A stretch of 64,000 nucleotides of DNA from Bradymonadia bacterium (GTDB lineage: Bacteria; Myxococcota_A; Bradymonadia; UBA7976; UBA1532), in contig JBKAGE010000036.1 of assembly GCA_046290225.1 (NCBI GenBank), positions 128,001-192,000 of the forward strand. The letters are read 5' to 3'. The translations under genes and the position numbers were made by a program. A model generated the notes under the pieces. The model was not told where the DNA came from and searched no databases. It worked only from the letters and a program-made list of their open reading frames with translations. Below are positions 42,813 through 53,190 of this stretch, piece after piece (the first letter of the stretch is position 1; each line of letters begins with the position of its first letter).

Positions 42813-43660
42813 CCGTACGCCTCGCCTCGACTGTGTTGTTGCTCCGTGAGGCCCCCGCCGACGACACAGGGGCTCAGGTGGAGATCTTCATGGTCCGTCG
42901 CCACGGCAAGTCGCGCTTCATGCCCGACGCTCTGGTCTTCCCTGGTGGGCGACTCGATGACGCTGACTCGGACGCTGATCTTGCCACAGCGTGTGATCTC
43001 ACCGTGGAGGAGGCCGCCATCACGATGGGCCGCCCCGAAGGACTGGGGCTGCTCATCGCTGGTATCCGCGAGACCTTCGAAGAGGCTGGCGTGCTCCTCG
43101 CTGAAGACAAAGATGGTGATCTGATCATCCTCGAAGGTGATCAGGGTGCTCGCTTCGCCGCCCACCGACAGGCACTCAACGAGGGCACCCTGGCCTTCAA
43201 TGCCCTGGTGGCCGACGAGGGGCTCACGCTCCGGACCTCTTCATGTCGCTATGTGACCCGCTGGATCACCCCCGAGGTGGAGCCCCGTCGCTACGACACG
43301 CACTTCTTGATGGCCCGTGCCCCAGCGGGCCAGCGACCCTCTCATGACGGCCACGAGACCACCGCTGGAGGCTGGTGGCGCCCGCAAGATACGCTCACCG
43401 CCTATGAGGCCGGTGAGATCAAGCTGGCCCCTCCGACGCTGCGCATCCTCACGGCGATCTCCACCATTCCCACAGTGGATGGCCTCCTGGATCTGCGCTC
43501 CGGTGTGCCGGACCCCATCGTACCTCAAGGGCACCTGACTGAAGATGGTTTGTTGTTGTTGATGCCGGGTGATCCCGACTTTGAGGGGGCGCCGGTCACG
43601 GGGCGAGATCGATTCTCTCAGAAGGATGGACGCTGGCACTCCGAGGGTGAGCGCTGGTAG
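42809..43660 (+). CDS. NUDIX hydrolase (NUDT19-like)
   Basis: VFPGG, IRETFEEAG, WITP...RRYDTHF, LAPPT. Confidence 0.85.
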   Translation: MTVRLASTVLLLREAPADDTGAQVEIFMVRRHGKSRFMPDALVFPGGRLDDADSDADLATACDLTVEEAAITMGRPEGLGLLIAGIRETFEEAGVLLAEDKDGDLIILEGDQGARFAAHRQALNEGTLAFNALVADEGLTLRTSSCRYVTRWITPEVEPRRYDTHFLMARAPAGQRPSHDGHETTAGGWWRPQDTLTAYEAGEIKLAPPTLRILTAISTIPTVDGLLDLRSGVPDPIVPQGHLTEDGLLLLMPGDPDFEGAPVTGRDRFSQKDGRWHSEGERW

Positions 43661-43661
43661 C

Positions 43662-44195
43662 TCAGGGACCGGACTGCTCACGACGACGCTGAATGCGGTC
43701 GTGCTCGTAGATGAACAGTGAGGTGCGGTCCAGCAGGCTGCGCATGCCGGGGTGGAACAAGAACCGGTGGGCCTGCTCCTCAGTCGCCCAGACGTGCCAG
43801 ATGCCCTTGCGGGGGTGAGGGCCGTGCTCCCGGGTGGGGGCGGCCTCGGGGATGACGCTCCAGTCCTTCACCTCTCCGGTGAAGAAGGTGACGGTCTTCT
43901 CGATCTCCCGGCCTTCGCGCCGGTACTTGTAGTGTACGTGATCTCGGAAGTTGGGCAGCAGCTCCACGTCGACGATGGCGGTCTCTTCCATCAGCTCCCG
44001 AAGAGCCGTCTCCGTCTCGGTCTCCCCTTCGTCCATGCTGCCCTTGGGGAACTCCCAGGCAGCATCGGGGTTACGCACCAGCACGCTGTGCAGCAGCAAA
44101 AATTCGATGGGTCGATCAGGCAGCCTGCGAAAGGGGATCACCCCGCAGGAGAATTCGTAGTCCACGACGCGTTTTGTTTTTTCGGTTCCGCTCAT
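43662..44195 (-). CDS. NUDIX hydrolase (Ap4A hydrolase-like)
   Basis: SCGVI, WEFPKG.MDEGETETETALRELMEET, KTVTFF. Confidence 0.85.
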   Translation of the reverse strand: MSGTEKTKRVVDYEFSCGVIPFRRLPDRPIEFLLLHSVLVRNPDAAWEFPKGSMDEGETETETALRELMEETAIVDVELLPNFRDHVHYKYRREGREIEKTVTFFTGEVKDWSVIPEAAPTREHGPHPRKGIWHVWATEEQAHRFLFHPGMRSLLDRTSLFIYEHDRIQRRREQSGP

Positions 44196-44311
44196 CTCTC
44201 TTCAATACAGCACCACCCGGTGGCCCGTCGACCCATCATCGGAGCGCCGGGTGTGGTTCACGCACCACGGGCCACTTGCGATGATGCCGGCGGTGGGCTC
44301 CAGGGTGTGGT

Positions 44312-44872
44312 TCACGGACGCTTCGCGGGCTCTTCTACCTGGATCAGATCGACCACGGGCACCCCCTCGTCTTTGGGTCGGGGCGGCGGATCCCACAGGC
44401 CCAGGGCCCGTATGACCCGCTCGGGCTCCGGTGTACCCCGCTCTGCGAAGGCCACCCGGCCACCAGGCGTCACGGCGTACACCGTACGCCTCACCTTGGG
44501 GCCCACTGCAGCACGCCACTGGCGGGCCACATGGCTGCGTGGATCGATCAGCAGGTCGAAGTCCAGGCCCAGGTCAGCCTTGAACCTGCGATGAGAGTCG
44601 GCGTCACCAGCGTTGATGCCGAAAGCCACCCCACCCGCTTCACGCAACTTCTCCAGCTGAGAGTTGAACTGCTGCAGCTGACCGGTACACGTCGGCGTGT
44701 GGTCCCGAGGGTAGAAGATGAGCACTACAGGGCGCCCTCGGAGGTCGTACAAGCGCACCGTACGACCTTCTTGATCGCTGAGGGTGAAGTCCGGGGCGAT
44801 GGCCCCCGCCTCAACCGGGGCCATCGAGAGCTCACCAACGGCCTGATCGATCACTTTGAACAACCGACTCAT
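44312..44872 (-). CDS. bcp: peroxiredoxin (BCP/PrxQ family)
   Basis: APDFTL, FYPRDHTPTCTGQ, RTVY. Confidence 0.82.
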   Translation of the reverse strand: MSRLFKVIDQAVGELSMAPVEAGAIAPDFTLSDQEGRTVRLYDLRGRPVVLIFYPRDHTPTCTGQLQQFNSQLEKLREAGGVAFGINAGDADSHRRFKADLGLDFDLLIDPRSHVARQWRAAVGPKVRRTVYAVTPGGRVAFAERGTPEPERVIRALGLWDPPPRPKDEGVPVVDLIQVEEPAKRP

Positions 44873-44888
44873 ACACTCCTCCTGAGGA

Positions 44889-45983
44889 TCAGCTACGCAA
44901 ACGCAGCGGGCTCAGCGCCGACCAGTCCGCAGATTCCGTTCTCCCAGTCTGCAGATACTCTACGACGAGAGGGGCGATGATCGGTGCCAGGACCAATTCA
45001 TCGTCACCGAGGGCCCGCACCTGTAGCAAGCTCACCGCTTCGTCAGGGCCCACGATGGGCAGACCATCTGCCGAGATCTCGTGGTTGATCACTCCGCTGG
45101 GGCCCACGGGCAGCTCAGAGAGGGCCGGCGTGAGGGTGGTGGCGAGGTTGAGCAGGTGCATCATCTCCTCGGTGGTGAGCCGCGGATCGAGGCTGGCGCC
45201 CTTGATGGGGCCCACCACGTGCACGTTGCCGTGTAGATCAGGCGTGATGTAGCCCTCAGGCGACCAGATCGTACGCCGGGGCCATCGCCCCTCTTGCAGG
45301 GTGAGCACAGGCTGACGTTGTACGCTCACGGGCAACGCGCTGGGCCCCGGGCCAATGTCGGTGCACACGATGGTCACCGCGGCCTCGAGAGGCCCTTCGG
45401 GGACTCTGACACCGGCCACGGCGCCGCGAGGCCCTTCGATGAGACCCAGGATCGGGGTGCCGAGGTAGAGCTGGGCCCCCGCCTCCGCAGCGCCAGCGGC
45501 GAGGGCCCGCCGGAGCGCCTGCCGATCGGTCACCACATCTTCGGGCACCGACAACGCCGCCACCACATCTTCGGGGAGGCCGGGCTCGAGCGCTCTGGCG
45601 TCGCCGGCGGTCATGGCTTTGAACGGGCGCCCGCCTTCTTTGAGCCAGGCAGCCTTCTGATGGATCTGCTGCAGCCCCTGCATCTCGAAGGCTGGGATCA
45701 GCGCCCCCTCACCAAGGGCCACATGTTGGCCTGCATCAGCCTCGATCCCCTTGACCCATGCAGCCAATCGCTCCAGTCCCAACCCTCGCAAGCCGTTGAG
45801 AGGGCTCGTGGGCTCGGCACGCGTCCAGCCCAGAACGGCACCAGGCACTGGCCCTGATGGGGTCAACACACCGGGATCGACGAGCCTGACCTTCGCCCCG
45901 GCCCGAGCGGCCTCTCTGGCGATGGCGCAGGCCACGAGGTTGCTGCCGAGAATGGCGAGATCGACGGCAGGGCGTCTGGCCAT
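44889..45983 (-). CDS. FAD-dependent oxidoreductase, glycine oxidase/DAO-like (degenerate)
   Basis: LAILGSNLVA Rossmann remnant, ARALEPGL, SADGLPIVGP, LAP, C-terminal LSPLR. Confidence 0.7.
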   Translation of the reverse strand: MARRPAVDLAILGSNLVACAIAREAARAGAKVRLVDPGVLTPSGPVPGAVLGWTRAEPTSPLNGLRGLGLERLAAWVKGIEADAGQHVALGEGALIPAFEMQGLQQIHQKAAWLKEGGRPFKAMTAGDARALEPGLPEDVVAALSVPEDVVTDRQALRRALAAGAAEAGAQLYLGTPILGLIEGPRGAVAGVRVPEGPLEAAVTIVCTDIGPGPSALPVSVQRQPVLTLQEGRWPRRTIWSPEGYITPDLHGNVHVVGPIKGASLDPRLTTEEMMHLLNLATTLTPALSELPVGPSGVINHEISADGLPIVGPDEAVSLLQVRALGDDELVLAPIIAPLVVEYLQTGRTESADWSALSPLRLRS

Positions 45984-46126
45984 GAGTGATCCTCTCTCGA
46001 AGGGGGCACGCGGTGGTAAAGCGGAGGATGCAACCAGCCTCGGGGTGTGGTGTCAACGGCTGTGTCTGTTGGTGGGGATGGGATTTGTTGTGGTGGGCCT
46101 TGCCCCGAACAGCAGACCCTGTTTCA

Positions 46127-49100
46127 TTGGAACATTGTGATCCTGGATGCCGAGAAGGGGCCATTCTGCGACACCGACTACCCAGAGACTTTCCAGAAGG
46201 ATACCAGGCTGCCATGGAGCTTGGTGAGGGCTCCATGGGCGCCGTCTGGCTCGCCTACAGCGAAGGGGCTCGTGGGCACTGTGCGGTGAAGGTGCTGCAC
46301 CTCGCCGAGCGCAAACGAAACTCCGCAGAGCGGTCCTTCAACCGCGAGGTCCGGGCCATGGCCCGTCTCGACCACGAAGCGGTCATCCGGATCCTCGACT
46401 ACGGACGCACGCCGAAGGGGTCTCCCTTCCTGGCCATGGAATATGTGCCCGGCGTGAGCCTCTCCCGCTATGTGCACGCGCCATGGTCCTGGCCCCGGCT
46501 CTGGACCCTGCTCGACAGCCTGCTCGCCGGTCTGGCTCACGCCCATGCCCGCGATCTGGTCCACCGAGATCTCAAGCCCGGCAATGTGATCATCCACCCG
46601 GACAGCCTCACCCACGGCGCGGTGAAGATCGCCGACTTCGGCATCGCCCTCGCCGTGCACGAAGCCGCCTCGTCGAACCGGCGGGTCGAGGGCACCCCGG
46701 CCTACATCGCTCCAGAGGCCGCCTCTGGTGACGTCGCCTCCGTGGGCCCGTGGACCGATCTCTACTCCCTCGGGGTGATGCTCTTCGAGATCCTCACGGG
46801 GGAGCGACCCTTCAGGGGCCGCAACCTGCTTACCCATCACCAGCGCTCTCCCCTGCCCCCGGTCTCCATCCGCGACGAGGTCGACGTGCCAGAGGGCTTC
46901 GTGGCCATCGTTGAGCGACTGCTCGAGAAGGCGCCCCACGCGCGATACCGCTCCGCTGCCGAAGTCCGCGCCGCCCTCGAGCGGCTGGGCCCCTTGCCGG
47001 AGCGCCAGCGTCTCGGCGATCCGCCCCTCACGCTGCTCGATGACTCCATCTCCCCGGGCTCTCGTTTTGCGCTGATTCCCGCCCGGGGCCCTTCAGGCCC
47101 GGGCCTGTTCCACCTGCGAGAGCCGCCCCTCGCCGGCCGTGATCGCGCCCGAGAGGCCTTGGAGCAGTCCGCCCGGCTGGCGCTCTCGGGCTCTGGCCCC
47201 CGTGTGGTGATCCTGCAGGGTGAGGCGGGCCTGGGTAAATCCCGCCTCGCCGCCTGGATCAGAGAGCAGGTGGAAGAGTCGGGGCACATGCGCACGCTGG
47301 TGGTGCGCTCCGAGCCTCAGACCGAGAACGGCGGTGGCCTGCGTCAAGGGGTGTTGCGCTTCGTCGGCGCCCCGACATCCACCCGCAAAGACGCCGATCA
47401 GGTGCTCTCGGTGGTGCTGCCTGACGAAGAGAGCCGGGCCAACGCCATCGACGTGCTCTGGAGTGACGCGCCCCATCACGGCCCTGGGAGCGAGGTGGTC
47501 ATCAGCCACGCCGCTCGCCTCATCCGCGACCTGTCCGGTGGCGAGCCGATGTTGCTCTGGATCGAAGACGCTCAGTGGTCTCCCGAGGCCAAGGTGCTTC
47601 GGCTGGTCGATCGACTCGCTCGCCCTGACGGTCCTTCTCAGCTTCTGGTGGTGATCACCCTGAGGCCCAGCGCCCGCAGCACGGTGCAGTCCATGCTGGA
47701 TCGACTCCGTCGCAACCCTGCGGTGCGAGAAGTCGACCTGCACCCCATCAGCCCTACAGAGCTGGCCCCGGCCCTCGAGGCCCTGGCGCCCCTGCCCCCA
47801 GGCATCGCCGACGCCGCCTGTGTTCAGGCGGCGGGCAACCCGCTCATCGCGCTGGAGGCGGTGCGCACCTATCTCGAGAGCGAGGGCCTCGGCACCGCTC
47901 CGACAGATCCGGCCCAGGTCCTCACGGAGCGCATCAAGCAGGCCACCGAAGGCCCTGGGGGCGGTGCCCTCAAGAGCACGCTGGCCCGCGCCACCTTGCT
48001 GGGCCGCTCTTTCACCCTCCAACCCCTGGTGAAGTTGTGTGGTGTGCCTGGTGATCCTGAAGCCCCCGCGCTCCATCTCGGCGGAGAGGAGTCAGTGGCG
48101 GCGGCGGTCGATCAAGCTGAGGAGAACGGCTTGCTCATCGTCCAGGGTGCTGGGCGGTGGCGGTTCAGCCACGATCTCGTCCGGGCCCAGTTCCGTAACA
48201 TCTGTCGTTCGCTGGCGAACTGGCAGGCCCTCAACCTCGCCTCCGCAGAGCTGAAATCCCCTCGGGGACACGCCGACACCACAGGCATTGAGATGGAGAT
48301 GGTGGCTCGCCACTATGCCGAGGCCGGCCACATGGAGACCGCCCTCGAGTTGGGGCAGATCTCAGGCCGCCGTCTCTTCGACTCGGGGCTCATGGGCCAC
48401 GCCACCTCGTTCCTGCGCAAGGTCCTCGACTGGGATCGCACCACTCGACGCCTCACGCCTCAGTCTCGTGGTGAGCTTCGGCTCATGTGCAGCGAGGCCG
48501 CTGAGTACGCGGGCCAGCCCGACGAAGCCGAACTTCAGGCCCGCAAAGCCTTGAACCTGGGCGTACGCACGAAGGCCCCTGCGGTGGCGGCCCAGGCGGC
48601 GAGCCGGCTCGCCGTGCTCAGCCTGCACAATGACGACTCCGAGACGGCGCAGACATGGGTACAGAAGGCCCTCAAGTTCGCCGAGCGATCAGAAGAGCCG
48701 CTGGCGCTCTATGCCGCCTGGTACGGCATGGGCGAGCTGAGGCGATACGACGACCAGCTCGACGAGGCGGTGGAAGCCTACGAGTCGGCTTTGGAGAACG
48801 CCCGAGTGGGGGATCTCGTCGGTGAAGCCCTGAGGGCTCGGAGCGCCGTGGCCCACATCGATCGCCTGCAGGGCCGCCTCGAGCGCGCCGAGACCACCTT
48901 CGACGCTGTGGCTGCAGGGGCTTCGGAGGCGGGCTTGGAAGTACTGGCCCTCACCGCCCGGCTGCACCTCGGGCTGTGCGCCTGGGCTCAAGAGGACGCC
49001 CTCACAGCCCGGCAGGCGTTCTCGGAGGTCCGCCAGGGAGCCCGGGGCAACCTGTTTGCCCTCGAACTGTACGCCTGCCTCGGCGAGGCGTGGTCTCTCG

Positions 49101-49321
49101 CCAAAGACGGCGACTGGGAGAACGCCGAGGTCCTCCTGCTCCAGGCAGAAGATCTCCGGTATGATGTGAGGCTACACGAGGTAGAAGCGGCCCGCCTGAG
49201 AGCCAGCCTCAAAGCCCTCGCCCGCAACGCTGGACGCCACGGCGTCCTCGCTTCGCTGGATCGGCTCGAGGTGGTGGTGACCCGCACCCACACCTCGACC
49301 GCTCACAGCGAGGGTTCATGA
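46127..49321 (+). CDS. Ser/Thr protein kinase - P-loop ATPase - TPR protein
   Basis: LGEGSMGAV, AVK, HRDLKPGN, DFG, GTPAYIAPE; Walker A GEAGLGKS; C-terminal helical repeats; start uncertain. Confidence 0.88.
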   Translation: MEHCDPGCREGAILRHRLPRDFPEGYQAAMELGEGSMGAVWLAYSEGARGHCAVKVLHLAERKRNSAERSFNREVRAMARLDHEAVIRILDYGRTPKGSPFLAMEYVPGVSLSRYVHAPWSWPRLWTLLDSLLAGLAHAHARDLVHRDLKPGNVIIHPDSLTHGAVKIADFGIALAVHEAASSNRRVEGTPAYIAPEAASGDVASVGPWTDLYSLGVMLFEILTGERPFRGRNLLTHHQRSPLPPVSIRDEVDVPEGFVAIVERLLEKAPHARYRSAAEVRAALERLGPLPERQRLGDPPLTLLDDSISPGSRFALIPARGPSGPGLFHLREPPLAGRDRAREALEQSARLALSGSGPRVVILQGEAGLGKSRLAAWIREQVEESGHMRTLVVRSEPQTENGGGLRQGVLRFVGAPTSTRKDADQVLSVVLPDEESRANAIDVLWSDAPHHGPGSEVVISHAARLIRDLSGGEPMLLWIEDAQWSPEAKVLRLVDRLARPDGPSQLLVVITLRPSARSTVQSMLDRLRRNPAVREVDLHPISPTELAPALEALAPLPPGIADAACVQAAGNPLIALEAVRTYLESEGLGTAPTDPAQVLTERIKQATEGPGGGALKSTLARATLLGRSFTLQPLVKLCGVPGDPEAPALHLGGEESVAAAVDQAEENGLLIVQGAGRWRFSHDLVRAQFRNICRSLANWQALNLASAELKSPRGHADTTGIEMEMVARHYAEAGHMETALELGQISGRRLFDSGLMGHATSFLRKVLDWDRTTRRLTPQSRGELRLMCSEAAEYAGQPDEAELQARKALNLGVRTKAPAVAAQAASRLAVLSLHNDDSETAQTWVQKALKFAERSEEPLALYAAWYGMGELRRYDDQLDEAVEAYESALENARVGDLVGEALRARSAVAHIDRLQGRLERAETTFDAVAAGASEAGLEVLALTARLHLGLCAWAQEDALTARQAFSEVRQGARGNLFALELYACLGEAWSLAKDGDWENAEVLLLQAEDLRYDVRLHEVEAARLRASLKALARNAGRHGVLASLDRLEVVVTRTHTSTAHSEGS

Positions 49322-51087
49322 GCCACACCACGACGCCCCCCCCTTCAGACACGCTCCGCAACCACCTCGTCGAGCACATCTGCGACTCGATCATCGGCCA
49401 GGACCAGGCCTTGGACGGCCCCTACGGCACCCGTCGCCTGGTCTACGCCGACTACACAGCCTCCGGCCGGGCGCTGCGGTTCGTAGAAGATTTCATCCGC
49501 GACGAGGTGCTGCCCCTCTACGCCAACACCCACACCGAGACCTCGGGCACCGGGCTGCAGACCACGCGCTTTCGCGAAGACGCCCGGGCCATCATCGGCG
49601 AGGCCCTCGGCGCGGATCCCGAGAAGGACGTCGTGCTCTTCGCAGGCTCGGGCGCCACTGGGGCCATCAACAAGCTCATCGACTGTTTGAATCTGCGGCT
49701 GCCTCGAAATCTCGATGCTGAGTACGGGCTCTCTGATCACATCCCCGCAGCCCATCGCCCGGTGGTCTTCATCGGGCCATACGAGCACCACTCCAACGAG
49801 CTGCCCTGGCGGGAATCCATCGCTGATGTGGTGGTCATCGACGAAGACGCTGATGGCCGCATCGATCTCGATCAGCTTCAAGCGGCCCTGAAGCAGTACG
49901 CCGATCGGCCGTTGAAGATCGGCAGCTTCTCCGCGGCGAGCAACGTCACTGGCATTGGCTCGGACACCCGAGCCATCGCCGCCATGCTCCATCGACATGG
50001 CGCGTTGTCGTTTTGGGACTTCGCTGCGGCGGGGCCCTACGTGCAGATCGAGATGAACATGGCCGATGACAGTGAAGACGGCCACCTGCTCTACAAAGAT
50101 GCAGTGTTCCTCTCGCCTCACAAGTTCATCGGCGGCCCTGGCACGCCTGGGATTCTGGTGGTCAAGCGGGCCCTGCTGAACAATGTGGTGCCCTCGCAGC
50201 CAGGCGGTGGCACCGTGGCCTACGTCAACCCCGAAGAGCACCGTTACTTGTCCGATCCGGTGCATCGCGAGGAAGGCGGCACCCCAGCCATCGTGGAGAG
50301 CATCCGAGCCGGCCTGGTGTTTCAGCTCAAAGAGGCTGTGGGCTGGCAACGGATTCGCGCGCTGGAGCACGCCTTCATCAGCACCGCCATCGAGCGCTGG
50401 TCGAGCAACCCCAACATCAGGGTGCTCGGCAACCCCAAGGCATGGCGCCTGTCGATCGTCTCACTCATGATCAAGGCCCCCGAGGCCCTCGCTGCGCACG
50501 TGAGGGGCCCGGAAGAGACCTGGCTGCACCACAACTTCGTCGTTGCCCTGCTCAATGATCTCTTCGGGATTCAGGCGCGCGGGGGCTGCTCGTGCGCGGG
50601 GCCCTACGGCCACCGCCTGCTGGGCATCGACCTCGTGAGCTCACGGGCATTCGAGCGGGAGATCGTGCGGGGCTGCGAGGGCATCAAGCCCGGCTGGGTG
50701 CGGGTGAACTTCAACTACTTCATCTCCCAAACCACCTTCCGCTATCTGCTCGACGCCATCGACCTCGTGGCAGAGCACGGCTGGCGCCTGCTGCCCGATT
50801 ACCGCTTTTGCCCCGAGAGCGGCCAATGGCGCCACCGCAACGCCACCGAGCACCGCGTGCTCCGGCTCGCAGACCTGACCTACGCTTCGGGGCGCATGGC
50901 CTACCCGAGCCGCAAGGCCACCGAGCCCGAGAGCGCCCTAGGCCGCGCCCTGGAAGAGGCAAAGGTGCTCCTCGAGCGTGGCGCCCAGCCTGCTGCGGAT
51001 GCCTCTACCCTCGCGCTCAACGAGGATTTTCAGTCGCTGCGGTGGTTCCCTCTACCTATGGAGGCATGCTCACACCTCAATGGCTGA
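49318..51087 (+). CDS. class V PLP-dependent aminotransferase (cysteine desulfurase-like)
   Basis: YADYTASGR, EHHSNELPW, SPHKFIGGPG, EEGGTP, RGGCSCAGPY. Confidence 0.9.
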   Translation: MSHTTTPPPSDTLRNHLVEHICDSIIGQDQALDGPYGTRRLVYADYTASGRALRFVEDFIRDEVLPLYANTHTETSGTGLQTTRFREDARAIIGEALGADPEKDVVLFAGSGATGAINKLIDCLNLRLPRNLDAEYGLSDHIPAAHRPVVFIGPYEHHSNELPWRESIADVVVIDEDADGRIDLDQLQAALKQYADRPLKIGSFSAASNVTGIGSDTRAIAAMLHRHGALSFWDFAAAGPYVQIEMNMADDSEDGHLLYKDAVFLSPHKFIGGPGTPGILVVKRALLNNVVPSQPGGGTVAYVNPEEHRYLSDPVHREEGGTPAIVESIRAGLVFQLKEAVGWQRIRALEHAFISTAIERWSSNPNIRVLGNPKAWRLSIVSLMIKAPEALAAHVRGPEETWLHHNFVVALLNDLFGIQARGGCSCAGPYGHRLLGIDLVSSRAFEREIVRGCEGIKPGWVRVNFNYFISQTTFRYLLDAIDLVAEHGWRLLPDYRFCPESGQWRHRNATEHRVLRLADLTYASGRMAYPSRKATEPESALGRALEEAKVLLERGAQPAADASTLALNEDFQSLRWFPLPMEACSHLNG

Positions 51088-51203
51088 TGGGCATTCCCAC
51101 CCTCCACTCACCATGAAGTCGAATCAACCAGCTTCGTAGCAAGATGGCGTAGCCCAAGGGTTCATATGCGTCGCAGTGATTTGCTTACTGCGGCGGTCAG
51201 GCT

Positions 51204-51533
51204 CGCTCCGCGGGTAAGAGAGTTTTCGGGCACGGGCACGGGCACGGGCACGGGCACGAGTTGATTCGGGTGTGGACCTGTGGCCGCTCCTGAACTCAGG
51301 GCGAAGGTTGTCATTGAGACTGGGTTGATGCGCTTCAGAATGGCCTGAGGCTTCAGGTCTTGGGCGGTATGGAGTCCAGAGCCTCCACTGAGGAGAGCGT
51401 GGGGCCGAGTGGAGCCTCCACCACCATAAACCCACGAGCGGAGTCATGCCGGGCCACGGGTCCGCGTATGTATCAACTCGTGCCCGTGCCCGTGCCCGTG
51501 CCCGTGCCCGAAAACTCTCTTACCCGCGGAGCG
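51204..51533. repeat. 62-bp perfect inverted repeat with (CGGGCA)5 flanking a 206-bp spacer
   Basis: arms 51204-51265 and 51472-51533 are exact reverse complements. Confidence 0.92.
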
Positions 51534-51550
51534 CCCCCACCCCTCGAAGC

Positions 51551-52708
51551 TCATGCCTTCCGGTTGAACCTGCGGCTCAGCTCCCGGCTCACGATGACCC
51601 GCTGGATCTGGCTGGTGCCCTCGTAGATCTGGAAGATCTTCGAGTCGCGGAGCAGCTTCTCCACCGGATACTCGGCGTTGTAGCCGTAACCACCGAAGAC
51701 CTGCACCGCATCACTGGCCACTCGGTGGGCGGTGTCGGCGGCGAAGCACTTGGCCAGCGACGCCTCCAGGGTGTTGCGCACGCCCTGGTCGATCGTCCAG
51801 GCAGACTTCCAGACCAGCAAGCGGGCCGCCTCGATGTCTTTGTACATGTCGGCGATCATGAAGCTGATGGCCTGGTGGCTCATGATGGGCTTGCCGAAGG
51901 TCTTGCGCTCGTGGGCGTACTGGATGGCGTGCTCGTAAGCAGCCCGTGACAAACCCACAGCGCCCGAGGCCACCAGGGGTCGGGTGTGATCGAAGGCCTT
52001 CATGGCGATGATGAAGCCCATGCCCTCATCACCGAGGCGGTTCTCCACGGGCACCTCGACGTCGGTGAAGGAGATGCCTCGAGTGTCGCTGGCCCGCTGG
52101 CCCAGGTTCTTGAGCTTGCCGCTCACCTCGATGCCGGGGCTGTCGGCGTCGACGATGAAGCCGGTCATGCCCTTGTGGCCCAAGGTCGGATCGGTCTTGG
52201 CGAGCACGAAGTACCAGTTGGCCACCTTGGCGTTGGTGATCCACATCTTCTCGCCGTTGATGATGTACTTGTCGCCCTTGCGCACGGCGGTGGTGCCCAG
52301 GCTGGCCACGTCACTGCCGGCGCCGGGCTCGGTGACGGCGTAGGCGCAGAGCAGCGGGGCCTCGGTCATGCGGCCGAGGTACTTCTTCTTCTGGGCCTCG
52401 TTGCCCGCCACCACCACAGGGAGCTCGGCGAGGGTGTTGGCCTCGATGGCGGTGCTGATGCCGGTGCAGCCCCAGGCGTTCTCCTCGCCGATGAGGGCCC
52501 CCTCGAAGCACCCGAGCTCGAGGCCACCGTAGGCCTCGGGGATGTGGGTGTTCACCAGCCCGATCTCCCAGGCCTGCTTGATGATCTCCATGGGGTATTC
52601 GCCTGTCTCGTCGTGATGCGCCGTTGCGGGGCGGATCACGTCACGGGCGAACTGGCGGGCGGTCTCTTGGAGCTGCTGTTGCTCTTGGGAGAGTTTGAAG
52701 CTGACCAT
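51551..52708 (-). CDS. acyl-CoA dehydrogenase (MCAD-like)
   Basis: [47 protein letters not shown]. Confidence 0.93.
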   Translation of the reverse strand: MVSFKLSQEQQQLQETARQFARDVIRPATAHHDETGEYPMEIIKQAWEIGLVNTHIPEAYGGLELGCFEGALIGEENAWGCTGISTAIEANTLAELPVVVAGNEAQKKKYLGRMTEAPLLCAYAVTEPGAGSDVASLGTTAVRKGDKYIINGEKMWITNAKVANWYFVLAKTDPTLGHKGMTGFIVDADSPGIEVSGKLKNLGQRASDTRGISFTDVEVPVENRLGDEGMGFIIAMKAFDHTRPLVASGAVGLSRAAYEHAIQYAHERKTFGKPIMSHQAISFMIADMYKDIEAARLLVWKSAWTIDQGVRNTLEASLAKCFAADTAHRVASDAVQVFGGYGYNAEYPVEKLLRDSKIFQIYEGTSQIQRVIVSRELSRRFNRKA

Positions 52709-52733
52709 GGAGATCTCCTCAGGGTTGGGCACG

Positions 52734-52778
52734 GTATGGTCGGGCACCATACGATTCAGCACGGTGAATGGTCATTCA
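52734..52778. promoter_or_regulatory. two palindromic operator-like sites upstream of the acyl-CoA dehydrogenase
   Basis: GTATGGT-N5-ACCATAC (52734-52752) and TGAATG-gt-CATTCA (52765-52778). Confidence 0.55.
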
Positions 52779-52829
52779 GCGATTCGCCCATTTAGAGACT
52801 TGTAGGCGTGAAAAGCAAGCGGTGCGCCC

Positions 52830-53190
52830 TCAACCACCTGCCATCGACAAGGCCATCTCTACCAGCGGGTCTTCTTGGCCCGCCCGCGCAACAGCAAGGA
52901 TGGGAAACTGAGCTGTATCAATCGGCCACGCGAGGGCGTCAGGCATGTCTGGACCGACCTCCGCAATCCAAGGAATCAAAGAGAAGCCCAGGCCTGCGGC
53001 CACAAAGGCCAAGATGGCGTCTGCGCTGTTTGCCGAGAGCACCTCTTCCGGGGCCCAGGACAGCGCTTCGAACTGTAGATCGCGATGGGTCGTACCTTCA
53101 GGGTAGGCCACAAAGGGGATGTGTCTGAGGGCGTCAAGATCGGGCGCCTCCAATGCAGTGGCGGTCTCCACCGAAACCTCGGCAGCCGTG
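52830..53190 (-). pseudogene. C-terminal fragment of a LysR substrate-binding domain
   Basis: LDALRHIPFVAY..., SADAILAFVAAGLGFSLIP; no HTH and no credible start. Confidence 0.7.

Noticed and set aside
51290..51365. group II intron maturase remnant (ILKRINPV on the minus strand)
   Set aside because: too short, with no flanking RT motifs; likely chance
51204..51533. CRISPR array
   Set aside because: only two inverted arms with hexamer microsatellites; no repeat-spacer periodicity and no cas genes
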